NCBI GenBank assembly: GCA_973895155.1
Contig: OZ316891.1
Location: 14,415,037 to 14,479,036, forward strand
Direction of reading: 5' to 3'
DNA from: Marsupella aquatica
Lineage: Eukaryota; Plantae; Marchantiophyta
Length of the DNA stretch: 64,000 nt
Under the pieces are notes generated by a model. It was not told the origin of the DNA. It did not search any database and saw only the letters and a list, made by a program, of their open reading frames with translations. The position numbers and the translations under genes are program-made. Shown piece by piece: positions 35,804 to 47,937 of the stretch; the first letter of the stretch is position 1, and every line of letters starts with the position of its first letter.

Positions 35804-38800
35804 ATGTCAAGTAGAGTCGCGGCCGTGGTCGGAGTAGGGCCGGGTCTAGGACTAGCTATTTCTCGAAAATTCGCTCATAACGGCTTCACAGTAGCGATTC
35901 TCGCTCGCAACTATGGTTAGTCATTCCCTTGATTATTTTAAGTAGCTACAGTAGCCAGCATCGCTGGGAGTCATATTCCCCCGTGCCCGTCTGTGATTAT
36001 GTTTGTCTTCTCTCGTCGCTGCTGCTCTGCCCTGTTCGTTACTCGCGGTTCTGCTTGCCGAACGTCAAGTCACGTCTATTTGTTGTGTCCTCTATCCCTC
36101 CTTCACCATGATTGTATTGATGGAATGATGAGGGGGAGCGAACTTCAGAGACATTCTATTCTGCCGTGCGGTGTCAAGTTTCAGGAAAGTACGTGCTGGC
36201 GCTTATGACTCGAAAGTGTTCCCGCGGGGTACTCTATATTTATACGCGTGCCGTACTAATTCCGTACCAGTGCAAACCCGTGCATACTTACCACGAGAGA
36301 CTGTAGTTTGCCGATGGCGCTTTTCGTGGCACGTTCGTGCGTGCGTTTACCCGGATGATTTCTATTCGGCTTTGAAGGAAGATGATCATACGCAACATTG
36401 ACTTTCGACTAAGCGTTTAATTTCGGTCCCTGCTTTCCAGTTCCCCCACAACAATGATTTTTCTAGTCTCTTAAATCGATTAATTCCACGAGGTGGTACT
36501 TTGTAAAGAACTCATTTGCGGTATTTGATGTTCTGATCTGGAAGTGTCAATCATTGATTAATGGTGCGGTCGAACACAAGATGGTCTGTTTTACGTATAG
36601 GAATATCTTTGTGTGTACTGTTCCAAGCTTCTGGATTAAGATTATGCATTTGCCTTTCCTCGCAGATAAGCTGATGAAAATGGCAGAAGAGCTCGTGGAA
36701 AGAGAATCCTCTGCTCAAGTGGCAGCTATCAGAATCGACTGTTCTGACGCCAAATCTATTCAGGATGCATTCGAAGCTGTCAACTCACTTGGCACCGTGG
36801 ATGTGTTGGTGTGTTTCTTCATTCTGTTTCCTACCTGAACCTTCACTCTTGACTCCCCTATCAGTGATGTAATGCTACGTTATGCTATTGTGTTCCTGAC
36901 TGGTAGTCTTTTTCCCCTTAATCTGATAAAACAGGACATGTGCATGAGGAATTGACGGAATGTGATTGATGTGCGTAATTCAGGTTTATAACACAAACAC
37001 ACCGTTTCCGTGGCCACCCCCTAGATTTACCGATATCAGTGCGGAAACATTTCAGCGCAATTTAAACATAAGTTGCGTCGGTGCTTTTCATTGCGTACAG
37101 CAGGTCCATTTCTTCCCCGCGCCGCGCCCCCCCCCCCTTCCCCGCGGCAAAGTCGAAATAAGACAAAGTGCAACCTTCCAGTCGAAGATTTGTAATTATA
37201 AGACGTGCATTTCTTGTTTACGCTAGTGCCTCTTCAGTGCTGACATTCTTTATGTTTCAGTAAAATTTGTCTTTTGTATGGTAAGCTTTGCTTGACATAA
37301 GACCGACACTTTCTGGCGGGCCTATACTAGCTGTGTGTGATGTCATGTTGGTCTCTTTGAGACAATAACGCTTGACTGTGTCAAAGTGTCTGACATCTCA
37401 TTGAAGTTTGACACATGCAGGTCATCCGAGGAATGATTGAGAGAAAGCGCGGGACAATCCTTTTCACAGGAGCCACCGGGTCAATCAGAGGAAGTGCGGG
37501 CTTCGCAGAATTTGGTTGGTACCTAAGATCTTACTAAACGTCTCGGAAATTATATTGTGACAGCTAAGCTTTACTCGACTAGTTTTGGTGAAACGTTTCT
37601 TGCGTTTTTCAACTTGTCTGAGGTTATTACATAAATCACTTATCGTTCAAGGGGAGCCATGAGCATTCATCAGAGGAATTAAAACATTTTTGTAGGCTGG
37701 TCTGTATACAAGTCTTTCTCCCCACCCCCGGAAACCTTAATTAACAATGGAAGTAGAAAATTCCCGTTCCATTCCAGAATTGTTTGAAGAATTCCATGCG
37801 ATGGACCAGACGGTTGCAAGAAGCGGTGGTGCTAGACTTGAGATATCATCTCGAGTGCCATGTATCGCTCTTGTGGCTTCCATCGTGCGCCTGTAGCGTT
37901 TGCTGGCTATACAAGCCAAGGAGGCTGGCAGATTAGATCAATGCTAAGTGGATCTGTTCCTGCTATAAATGAGCACCCTAGTTGTTTGCTTCATCTCAGA
38001 ATCAATCCTTCTCTTCTTCATTCTTAATTCCAGAAGGAATTGACGAACAATAAGGAGGTTATAGGAAGGTATACAAGGTCTTTGGTTTTACACGTACTCT
38101 CTATTGTGGGGATTGGTTTGAGCCTGCCTTCATAGTCGCTACTTTTAATTCTGTACCTTATATCTGTGATAGTTGCCTATCAAACAAGTGTGATGCATTT
38201 GAAGCTTTAGCAAGAGTATCATGCATGTGATGGCTTCTCGACGTGGTTGCTAAATTTGGGAACCTCAGCAAATCCTGTTAAAGTTCACTACCTCAAAGGT
38301 GGCCACATCATTAAGGTGTGTCCATTCAGGAACTCAATTAAAATCAGCCGTTCAATTCTGAGGTCCCGTCAATCGTCAATAATCTGTATGTCCTATTTTA
38401 TACTTCAGTGGATTGTAATATGTTAATTGATGTGTAATACTGTGGCACGCTGCAGCATGTGGAAAGTTTGCACTGAGAGCGCTTGGGCAATCCCTGGCTC
38501 GTGAACTCCACCCTCTAGGAATACATGTGGCGCATATTATCGTCGATGGGAGAATCAGGTTAGCTTGCCTTCTATTCTCTGCCTTTCCTGTGCTAACTTC
38601 ACTTACCACGAAGGCACTGCAAATTATGCATTTGTGTTGAAATGCTTTCGTGATGTCGTTTATTTTCATACGGCAACCTTACATTGAGGGCTTTTTCGTC
38701 TTCTAACCAGGAACAACACTAGAAGTAATGATTCTGCCGAAGACGAAAAAACTTTGTCTCCAGACGCCATTGCAGAAGCCTATTGGCAGTTACATATCCA

Positions 38801-38858
38801 GGAGAAAAGCGCATGGACACAGGAGCTTGACTTGCGCCCCTTCTGCGAAAAGTTTTAG
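35804..38858 (+). CDS. Short-chain dehydrogenase/reductase, atypical SDR_c10-like subgroup, 239 aa, 6 exons
   Basis: Exons 35804-35915, 36666-36808, 36984-37103, 37421-37514, 38456-38558, 38711-38858 (720 nt). Motifs VVGVGPGLG, VDVLVYN, GTILFTGATGSIRG, FAEFACGKFALRALGQSLARELHPLGIHVAH, AWTQELDLRP. Confidence 0.92.
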
Positions 38859-40589
38859 TCTGGTGTCAATGATACAGATTGATCGATCTCCAGGTTTCCT
38901 TATGATCCCAACACTAGCTATGTTTCAGTTTCAATAGACAGTAGGCTATCGTTTCTAGTTGTTATGAAGGTCATCACTAACAGATGTGATACCCATCATG
39001 CAAGTGTCACCATCCCACAGGTCCTGACGTATACTTAAAGTATAGTCGTTCCTCCCTACCCCTGGGCATGCCAAAAGGGAAAAACCCATGAAAAAGACCA
39101 GTCTGCTTGACTCTATGTAGCTCTCTTTTCCCCTGTACCCTCAGGATTCCATTTACAAATTCAGTGCGTGTATTTGAAGGAAAAGCCATACATGTATTTC
39201 CCCTCTCTTCTTTTATTCGACGACTGTGTGAAGCATGACTTGTTTCTATTGCCATCCCGGTCTGAGGTTTGTGAATCTATTGAAGACAGTTTGAGAAACG
39301 AGATTCGCTGTTTGGCAGTTTCCCAGTATTCAGCTCTAGGTTGAGCCCTGAAGCCTTCACGAAGAGGGAGAAGATGCTATATTGATGGTGACGAAGGATG
39401 TCGTGTTGAAGGGAATGGCCACGTGCATCAAATTCAAGAAGAGAAAGTTGCTCGGAAGACTCGCAAGTTGCAAGTCCAAGCTGGAGTTGCATCTGGGGAT
39501 CAGACCAAGGTTGTATGTGGATCGAGTTTCCTCACAGTCCCTTTCTCTGGCTTCAGGGTTTGGGTAAGGGGCCGAAGTCTTGTTGGCAAAATATTATGGT
39601 TTAGAAGCCTGAAGTAGTCAGGTGTGGACAGTTTCTCTGCATGCTCGTCACTCCTTCACCCCATGGCTGTCGAGGCCTTTTCAGGCTTATTTTAGTCGAT
39701 CTGATCAAACATTAGTTTTTCAAGCAAGGACAATAAGGATTGTTTAGACCATAAATGGTAAACAGGAAGCTGTTTCCCGACTATTGATGATGTTAGCAGA
39801 TGTAGCCGGATGGTGGCAGTCACACTATTGTGGTTGACACCCTCGATTCTTGTTAGCTGTAGATGTTTGTTCCCCTTGCACCTCTACATCTGTTCGGAGG
39901 TTTTGCAGTGTAGGCACTGGCAGATGAAGTGTTCGCAGTCAGAACGCTGCTGCTGAGAATATAATTTCTTATGAGATATAGATGTTTCCTGTGCATTCAA
40001 CTGTCCCTTTTGTTCAGCACACGGCCAGCAAGGTCGAGGAAGTCCTTGTAAAGCTAATTGAGGCCATCAATTAGTAAACGCTTATTGAATGCCCGGATCG
40101 GTGGGGGATCATTTAGACCATACTTGGTCACACAGCTGCGGGGTGTGACCAGCGGTTATCTAGCAATGTCCTTGATGGCAGTTCCTTCCTGGCCACATTA
40201 CGGGAGTATGATCCGATATGAGCAGAAAGGGCTTGCCACGAATTGTTTTCGGGTGAAATACCCTGACTGCGCGCTGTCAAACTCTGTCCTCTAGTTCTCT
40301 TGGACTCCTTGTTACTACGATGTTCCACGGAGACGTAATTCATAACATTCGCTTGTCCAATTCCATCACCTCACGTTTGCTTCTGTTGGCCTCTCACCGA
40401 ACAGGGATCAAATGCTTGCTTTTGAATGCCTTTGTACAGTATTCCACACAAGTCAAATCTTTGGAGGATTTGTTTGGACTCTCGACCTGTACAGCTTCGG
40501 GCTGAGCAAAGCTGCCTGATGACATACTTTGGAAATTGTTTGCAAAGTTCACTAGCGAGTTAGCTTAACTTAGATCCACAGTTAAGCTA

Positions 40590-40870
40590 TCCACAGTTAG
40601 TTTGAAAATCCCCTGTGAGCATTTTTGCACACAAGAGGAAAAATTGTGCGCACGAATTTGCAACAATACAAATACTTGCTGGACTTCGCAAGTCTTATGG
40701 CCACAGTGATGGGGAGCTCCAAATAGAATCAACCTCCAAGATCACACAAATTGATCAGAAATCCATCTTGGAAACAAGATGGCTCCATTCAAGAGTCATT
40801 ACACTTGCAATGGAAGGGAGGGTGTTGTGTCTAGGTCTCCTGCTGGAAAACAACAACCTACATCAACCAG
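40590..40870 (+). repeat. Dispersed repeat family B, copy 1
   Basis: Colinear with 46347-46660: ttgctggactt...gagctcca...gaatc.acctccaagatcacacaaa.tgat...ggctccatt.aagagtcat...ttgtgtctaggtct.ctgctggaaaacaacaa. Confidence 0.85.
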
Positions 40871-43135
40871 TTTGAGGAGATTCAGCTCAAGTGCATAGAC
40901 AAAGTTACATCAACTAGTTGAGGTGATGAAGTATTGTCAAAGTTATGTCAACTAGTTGAGGTGATGAGACTAGCACTGCCCAGAATTGAGGTGATGAGAC
41001 CACACTGGCCATATAAAATGGAGAAGTGTCCAAGATCTCTTCATTTTTCAGATTCTTTTCCTTTACTGCCAGACTTTGCCCCACAGTAAAAAAATTTGAA
41101 AAAAATAATAAATGGGTAAATCTGTGTAACCATGTTTTTGTCATGGCTAGTGGCTCTTTAAACTCAAAGTGCATTGACAAGAAAGGTTTAGGGTGTATAC
41201 AAGGGAAAATATTTGGGACCCACATAATATTTGCCTTCAAGTATTATTTATCTTTAAATATTATTAAATTAATGGAAAGGCTTGGATCTTTCTTGAAAAA
41301 TCACTTACTAACAAAATATTTTATAGTGCTTATGAAACCCCAAAACAATTTTGTGATTCAAGTTTGAAAATGTTCTTGAGCACTTTGATGTAAACTCTGA
41401 CTTTTCAATGTATACATTGTTTTTAAATTTAAAAAGTAAAAACATAGGAGAACATGTATATGCTTTCTTACAAGCATTAAAACTGAGGTATTTTATCAAG
41501 CAGTTTTGACAGGCCGAAAAAGGTTTTTCCCAGGTTTGGCAACGTGCATTGACACTTGTAACTTGGCCACATGTGCAAATCAGGCACCAACTTTATTGTT
41601 TGTCAATATTGTCCACAGTACAAGCTACATACATTTTTTTGTTTGGGATGGCCCAACAATCTTGGCCTGCATTTGTGGCCATTAAACCTGAAATCTCTGC
41701 CATCAACCGAGCTTCACTACTCCCACAACATTGACCGTCTGGTCCTGAAATTCTGAATTGCACATATTCAGAAGAACTGGGCCCAAATTTTACGCTTTCT
41801 CGTTGTTCTCGATGACTATGTAACAGAGGGGCTTATGTTCAGTCAGGAATGTCGTCCAACAGAAGGCTTGCTCGGTTGGTCGCTTGATTGAAGTCTCCCG
41901 CATCACTGCGAGCGTTGTTGAAACAAAATGCAATGAAGATGTGGTGTGGGGAGTCGAGTTTGATTGTACACTCAAAATACCAAAAGTGTAAAAGAGGAAA
42001 ACAGGTGAATTATGGCTTCAAGCACTGGTCATCTGGCAATAACCCAGCTTCTGAATATTTTCAGTAGGACTGCTCTACTAGACCGGTCCTACAATAACGT
42101 TTCGTTTGAGCCCAAGGAGAATGCACTGAGACCCGAGCCTTACCTCCAAGGATTTGTTCGTATTGTCCTTTACTTTGATACCTGCAGGATGACAGTGGAG
42201 TCTGGGTTTCAATGCAAATCAGGCAGAATTGAGGACAGTTCTTGCCAACCGCTGAACCGCCCTTCATCATAGTATCTTTCAGATACAGAGAAATAAACAA
42301 TGATTGCTGAGTTCTTTGTGCACAACAATGTCCAATTAAATCTTTTGCTGTAGCTGAGATGATGGCAGCTCAATACCAGTCCTATTCGTTCCACAGACGC
42401 ACCTCAGATGAAAGTTTGAATTTAGGCAAGATCAATATCCATAAACAATGCATGTAGACGACTTGAGGACCCTCAACTCATGAAGACAACTCTTCCATTC
42501 GATGTCATTTGCGTCACAACGACTATAGATCGGGAGGACCACTGACTGGGCCAACATTTCTTCCTGTGAAATAAGTAATACAAGCGGAGCCACCAGTAGA
42601 ACTCCTGAAAGGGTGAGCAAGGATGAAAAGCCTTAACTCACAGCTACATGGCTACTACTACTCATGTAAGTAGTGCACGGTCATCTTTGGGGGGCATCAT
42701 GACGCTCAGAAAACCCAACACTAGCACCCTTCCTATGAAAGCCACTGCTGCAACCTGGAAACAGAACCAACTGCTACTGACAGATTCTATCGATCATGGG
42801 AAGCTGGCCTGATTTCGCTGTCATTCGGTCCCACGAAGATAGTCTGTCTAGGTAGCCAGAAAGTTTCCTCCGAAATCTCACTGAACTTCTTAAGAGGTTT
42901 TTATCAACTCCAGCAGCTGCAAAACAACCAGCACAGCACCGTGGTATCGGGCAGCAAAGATTGCAGGCTTTCATTGTTATAGTGACGTTGCACGATTTCA
43001 TTGGATTTCCAGAAAAGTTCCCAGGAGGTTCAAGATGTCCAACTGCAATACATGCACAGTTGTAAATCGTTTGCCTCGCAAACCGCGAAAGAGGTGTATG
43101 TTTGATAGGGCCGTCTTGAAGGGTTCCGGGAGATA

Positions 43136-44065
43136 TTAAGAAGAATCAGTGACCAAATGGGACTCCACGACGATCCTGCCACGACGCGCGCCAACTTCTT
43201 CAGGGGACTCAATCTCGCTTAGAGTTTTAAATACAGCCTTCACGGTATTCAAAGGATGTCGAGAACCAACGACCTTGGACTTGACATTCTTGAATCCCGC
43301 CAATCTTAAAATCCCTCCTACGGTATGGCTGGCTCTCATCCCTGTGCCCGACCTTCCTGGCCACAAGTAAATCTTGGTCTTCATGAACTTGGAGTCATGC
43401 TCATGAAAGATGGTATGTCCTTGAAACCTTTCAAAATAGTGAAGGTTGTTTAGAGCCTTTAAGGAGGCCTTATCAATTGCCGGCCCGACCTCAGATGACT
43501 TTCCCTTGCCGAAACCCACTACTCCATCATAGTTTCCTGTGATCACCAACGCTGCAAAACTTTGCACTTTGCCACCCTTGGTGACCTTCACGGTCCGGTG
43601 CACGTCGATCACCTTCATCTCAAAACCCCTTCGGGATGCTCTCTCCTCATCCTCTCCCTCGCTCTTTATCTTCAAAGCTTTCTCCATTATGAATCGCTGC
43701 CTCCTCCGCGGCACGCCCTGCAGCATCAAGTCAAGAGCAGACGGCGGTCTTTCTGGAATGTCGCCCTCTGCCTCGTCGGCCTCCACTTCGTCCGCCTCTC
43801 CTTCGTCCCCATCAACTCCTCCTTGGGACAACCATAAGGGAGGTGGCTCTTCATCAGAGAAGCGGCCAGACGACATCCATCGTTGAGCACTACCTAGGTC
43901 AAATAAGAGGTCACGAGATGCACAATTGGGCAGCCATCGGTTCGGGCCGAGGAGCTTGCTACCATCCTGGATAACTGCAGAGAAATTTGTCTGAAAATGC
44001 ACCACCTTGTTCGACATGAGAGACGTTCCGCGCCGAAGCGCCTGCAAGCATGCCCTCCCCGCCAT
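43136..44065 (-). CDS. RPS5: Nuclear-encoded mitochondrial ribosomal protein S5 (uS5m), 309 aa, intronless CDS
   Basis: FEMKVIDVHRTVKVTKGGK..SFAALVITGNYDGVVGFGKGKS.EV..AIDKA...HTI.H...AGFKNVKSKVVGSRHPLNTVKA are the uS5 N- and C-domains. Basic amphipathic presequence-like N-terminus ending ..QRWMSS. Confidence 0.93.
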   Translation of the reverse strand: MAGRACLQALRRGTSLMSNKVVHFQTNFSAVIQDGSKLLGPNRWLPNCASRDLLFDLGSAQRWMSSGRFSDEEPPPLWLSQGGVDGDEGEADEVEADEAEGDIPERPPSALDLMLQGVPRRRQRFIMEKALKIKSEGEDEERASRRGFEMKVIDVHRTVKVTKGGKVQSFAALVITGNYDGVVGFGKGKSSEVGPAIDKASLKALNNLHYFERFQGHTIFHEHDSKFMKTKIYLWPGRSGTGMRASHTVGGILRLAGFKNVKSKVVGSRHPLNTVKAVFKTLSEIESPEEVGARRGRIVVESHLVTDSS

Positions 44066-44067
44066 CG

Positions 44068-45112
44068 CTAACAGATGTAATTATGGAAGGAGCACTGCAG
44101 CGAAACCGGGAAAACCTGGAAACAAAGTGAAGTCCATGAGTAACTCTATCCAAAACAATAAACCTATCCGAAATTTCTTTCAGTGCATGTTTTGACAAAA
44201 TTCATGGAAAACGTCTTGAGATTCCTGCTATCAGTAAACGCACAGATCAGTTTGAACTCTGGTTGAGACATAGACTGAATGAAATATATTATTCTAGAAT
44301 GGAGCGAGGATCGAGCTCTTTCCGTCGCCCTATTAAATTGCAATTGGCTATACTGAACTGACTAAATCAAGTCCAACGAGGAAAATTATTGCAAATGTTA
44401 ACAATCCCTGTACACTGTGCATGCTCGATCCACAAGCGAACAGAGGCAAGGTCTCTAAAAACTTACAGGTGCTGAGTTATATATCATTCTCAGGAGCAAG
44501 CAAATGTGATTGGTACAGTCAACATCCATCGCTACAATCAATTCGCAAAATCAATGCAACTGTTCACTAGTGCTCACATGGGATTGAAAGGAATGAATTA
44601 GCTTGAAGAGGAGTAGAGGCTAGTTCACCAAAGGAAAGGGCGATTAGGGCATTGGGTTCATTCTCTGGTCTTTGTTCAGCGCCATAACCCTCGCCGTCCT
44701 CACCCACGGTAATTAGCTTACGTCGGTCGATTCTATTAAAAATTGATGTGCCAAGATCTCTCACATCCCTATGAGTGACTTGGGAGCTACTGAAGTTACA
44801 TGTTTTTTTCTTGCGCATGCCAGCAATGCCATCAAATCGAAAGGAGCAGACGTCCCACAAAAGTATTACAGGGTATCGAAGGTTCGAGCATACAAAACCA
44901 ATCGAGCTCATGAATTGAGGATCGGGATAAGGGAGCGAAGGTGACGACTGCAAGCAAAGTGGAATCAAGGCTTGGAGCCGGTACCGAAGTATGTACGCAT
45001 AGAAAGAAGGGGCTTCGAATCAGAGAAATGCAAATCCAAACTGATTCAAGCGATGCAGCGTTTCTAAGGAAAACCCGAAACTGACTGAGGATTGTAGTGC
45101 CTTTGTTCTTAC
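44068..45112 (-). other. Probable 5'-UTR intron of RPS5
   Basis: Minus-strand donor cag|gtaaga at 45112 and acceptor ctgttag ending at 44068, 2 nt before the ATG. Confidence 0.55.
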
Positions 45113-46346
45113 CTGTGCTTGGATCCATAGCCTCGACCTTGCTCGTGGTCGCTTATCTGATTTTGCTTCTCCTCGCTCATCGGCTGCTCATCGCGAAGAA
45201 AGGTTTGCAATGCTTGGAGGAGGAGAGGGGAACGAACGGAACAACAGCCCTAAACACAAAAAATGGAACCTCAGATGATAAAATAAGGCTGTGTTCAAAA
45301 TTTTTTTTTGGTCCATTTTGGTCCGGAAAAACAGTTCGTGCATCTTTGGATTCGGGACAAAAATTGGCCCATCATTTTGGGTTTGGTTTTGGTGTGAGGT
45401 AACCCCTCCACAAGAAGGGGGTAATGGGATATGATTCCAAAGGGGGCTGAACCCCACTATCCCCAAGCTGGGGAATGAGTTACCAAGCTTAAAATCTGAG
45501 TCTAGTTTTGGAATATTCAGTTTGTTTTAACATGACAAAAGTTTCATTTGTCATTGTCTTCCACTTGCACCTAACTGTATTTTTCATTTCTCATTCAAAT
45601 TTCAGAATCCCCAGGCAGGCATAGGAGTCAGTGGCTTCACTTGGGAATAATGCCTATGAACCATGCATAAACATACAAACAAAACAATTCACGAGGGGTT
45701 GATGTGAGTAGTAGACCCCTTGTAAATTTTGGGTTTGCATTTCTATAGTTGGTTATGAATGGTTATGATAAAATACCTCCATGTGAGCCACTCTACCCCT
45801 GTGGTAACCTGGTCTGGGGAACTATGAGTGACAAATGGCAGTTTTGGGTGTAAAAGTGAAACTGATATTTCAAATTCTCACTTTGGGCTCATTGCCCTAG
45901 CGAGTTACATCTTATTATCTCCTCTTGGGGATGAGGTACCAGACACATTTTTTCTGCATCAGGCCCGTTTTAAGCAGGTTTACATATAGGTTTAGTAGTA
46001 TATTAGTTTTGTTGTTGTTGTACGGACTGAAGGGCTGATTGGTCTTTTAAAGTTTTTCCCCTTTTGGATCTCTTCCCTTTTGGGGTTCTATCCCATGGTC
46101 TGGCAGCTTTTATTGGTTGGCACTGTCATATGGGAAAGGTGGCAAAGAGTACATATGAAAGAGATGGAGGTTAGTTTGACAAAGGATGAAAAGTGTGGCA
46201 TTTTTGGGTTCCCACCCTTCAGGAGTGGGACGAGGATTTCCAAGTGTGGGGCTGGGGCCATTTTTTGGAGGGGGCATAGAGGGGTCCCTTAGTAGGGAGG
46301 TCACAGATTTGGAAAGAGAAGGCAAATTGAGTTATATCTAACTTAA

Positions 46347-46660
46347 CCACAGTTTGAAAGTCCCAATGGACCAGTTTTGCACAGCAAAAAAATCTTTGCG
46401 TGCACCAACTTTCATCAATAAACTCCTTGCTGGACTTTGTGAGTCCGAGGTCCTTGAGCACAGGACTTGCCCTTAATCGGAGCTCCATAATTATTGAATC
46501 TACCTCCAAGATCACACAAACTGATTGCCAAACTATTATCACACTAATCCACCAGAGAAACAACAGGGCTCCATTTAAGAGTCATGATTACAATTGCAAT
46601 TCCAGGTGAGGGCATTGTGTCTAGGTCTACTGCTGGAAAACAACAAGCAACATCAGCTAA
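46347..46660 (+). repeat. Dispersed repeat family B, copy 2
   Basis: See 40590-40870. Confidence 0.85.
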
Positions 46661-47045
46661 GTGTTTACTTGATATGTTTAACTCATGTGCATTGACAGGA
46701 AATACTCAAGGCTCATGCGCCAAGTGGATAGAGCAACCCTACTGCAAGCTCTACTGCAGTTATAGAAGTATAGTTTTGTTTGAGCTTATTCTTGTCTACA
46801 AAATTGCTACATAAAAAGTATGGAGTTGTGTTCATTCTGATTTCAGTTCTAAGAGGACACACATTTTTGTGGCAGTGCATAGGGTGGATGCAGCATGGCC
46901 CTGAGGTTATGGAGGGTTGCATGCAAGAGAGAGTGGTGAAACAATAGTGGAGTGGTCTAGAGCTAAACTGCATGTTTAGTTCTACTAATTACAAGTATTG
47001 TTCTGCCCATTGTAATGCTTTCACTATTCAAGCCAGTGTAATCTT

Positions 47046-47107
47046 CTGAGATTCCTGCATGTTATTATTCAATGCCCTGAGATTCCTGCATGCTATTATT
47101 CAATGCC
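47046..47107. repeat. Tandem duplication, 2 x 31 bp
   Basis: ctgagattcctgcatg(t/c)tattattcaatgcc twice. Confidence 0.95.
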
Positions 47108-47659
47108 CGACAGTTGCACAGTACAAGGAACTTCTACAACAATGAATCAACATGAAGCCCAACCAGTTGCAGTCTAGGAGGTTTTGGAAGACAACCGATA
47201 GTGGCAAATGGGATAAAGAGGACGATGGGGTCGAAGACCTACATGATCAAGAAATGAGTGATAAAGAATTGCCTATCCAAGCTGATAATGGTAAGGGCAT
47301 GGCCAAGTCCCTACAATGCAAGTACACAGAAAAAACCTGCTGACAAGCCAATCAAGAGGGACATCAAGTTGTTGATGATGACCATGTGAGCACCTTAGTT
47401 AGGTGTTATACAAAGTACATGGCGGGACATGGTGGGTTCTAGCAAAGGAAAGAAGAAAAAGATCAAATAGCCCATTTTGAATAAGGTATCAATGATTTTT
47501 GTTTCAATTAGAATACAAGAGGGACAAAATGGATTCCCTAGTTCAACACTTGGATAGAAAGCTTTGCAGGAACACCTACAAACAATTTTGAAGGAGATGA
47601 CTGCACAGTTGGACAATCCAGAGAATGGAGATGTGTAGAGCCTCACAACTAGAACATTA

Positions 47660-47937
47660 GGGGGTCTCAAAATTAGGGCTGGGTCATCCTGCCGCGGAAT
47701 GACCCTCACATCCGTAAGGGTGACTGCGGGCTCATTTCACGGGCCTGAATTTTGTTGAGTTTTAACTTTTTGATGCACCGAGATACCAGTGCTCCGCTCT
47801 CCCGTCTAAAAACCACACAGTGGCATGTGTGCCCGTCAAAAAACCCCACAGTGACAGTGTGCAAACCTGCCCTGGGGGCTGTCCGAACCTAACTCAGACT
47901 GCTGGGAAAGAATCCACGGCCTATATTTGAGTCCCCC
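47660..47937. mobile_element. 278-bp MITE with GGGGG termini and TA flanks
   Basis: TIRs GGGGGTCTCAAAATTAGG and revcomp GGGGGACTCAAATATAGG match at 15/18. TA is on both sides, and the interior is more GC/CpG-rich than the flanks. Confidence 0.8.

Noticed and set aside
43149-43886. Plus-strand ORFs overlapping RPS5
   Set aside because: They are antisense shadows of the real CDS.
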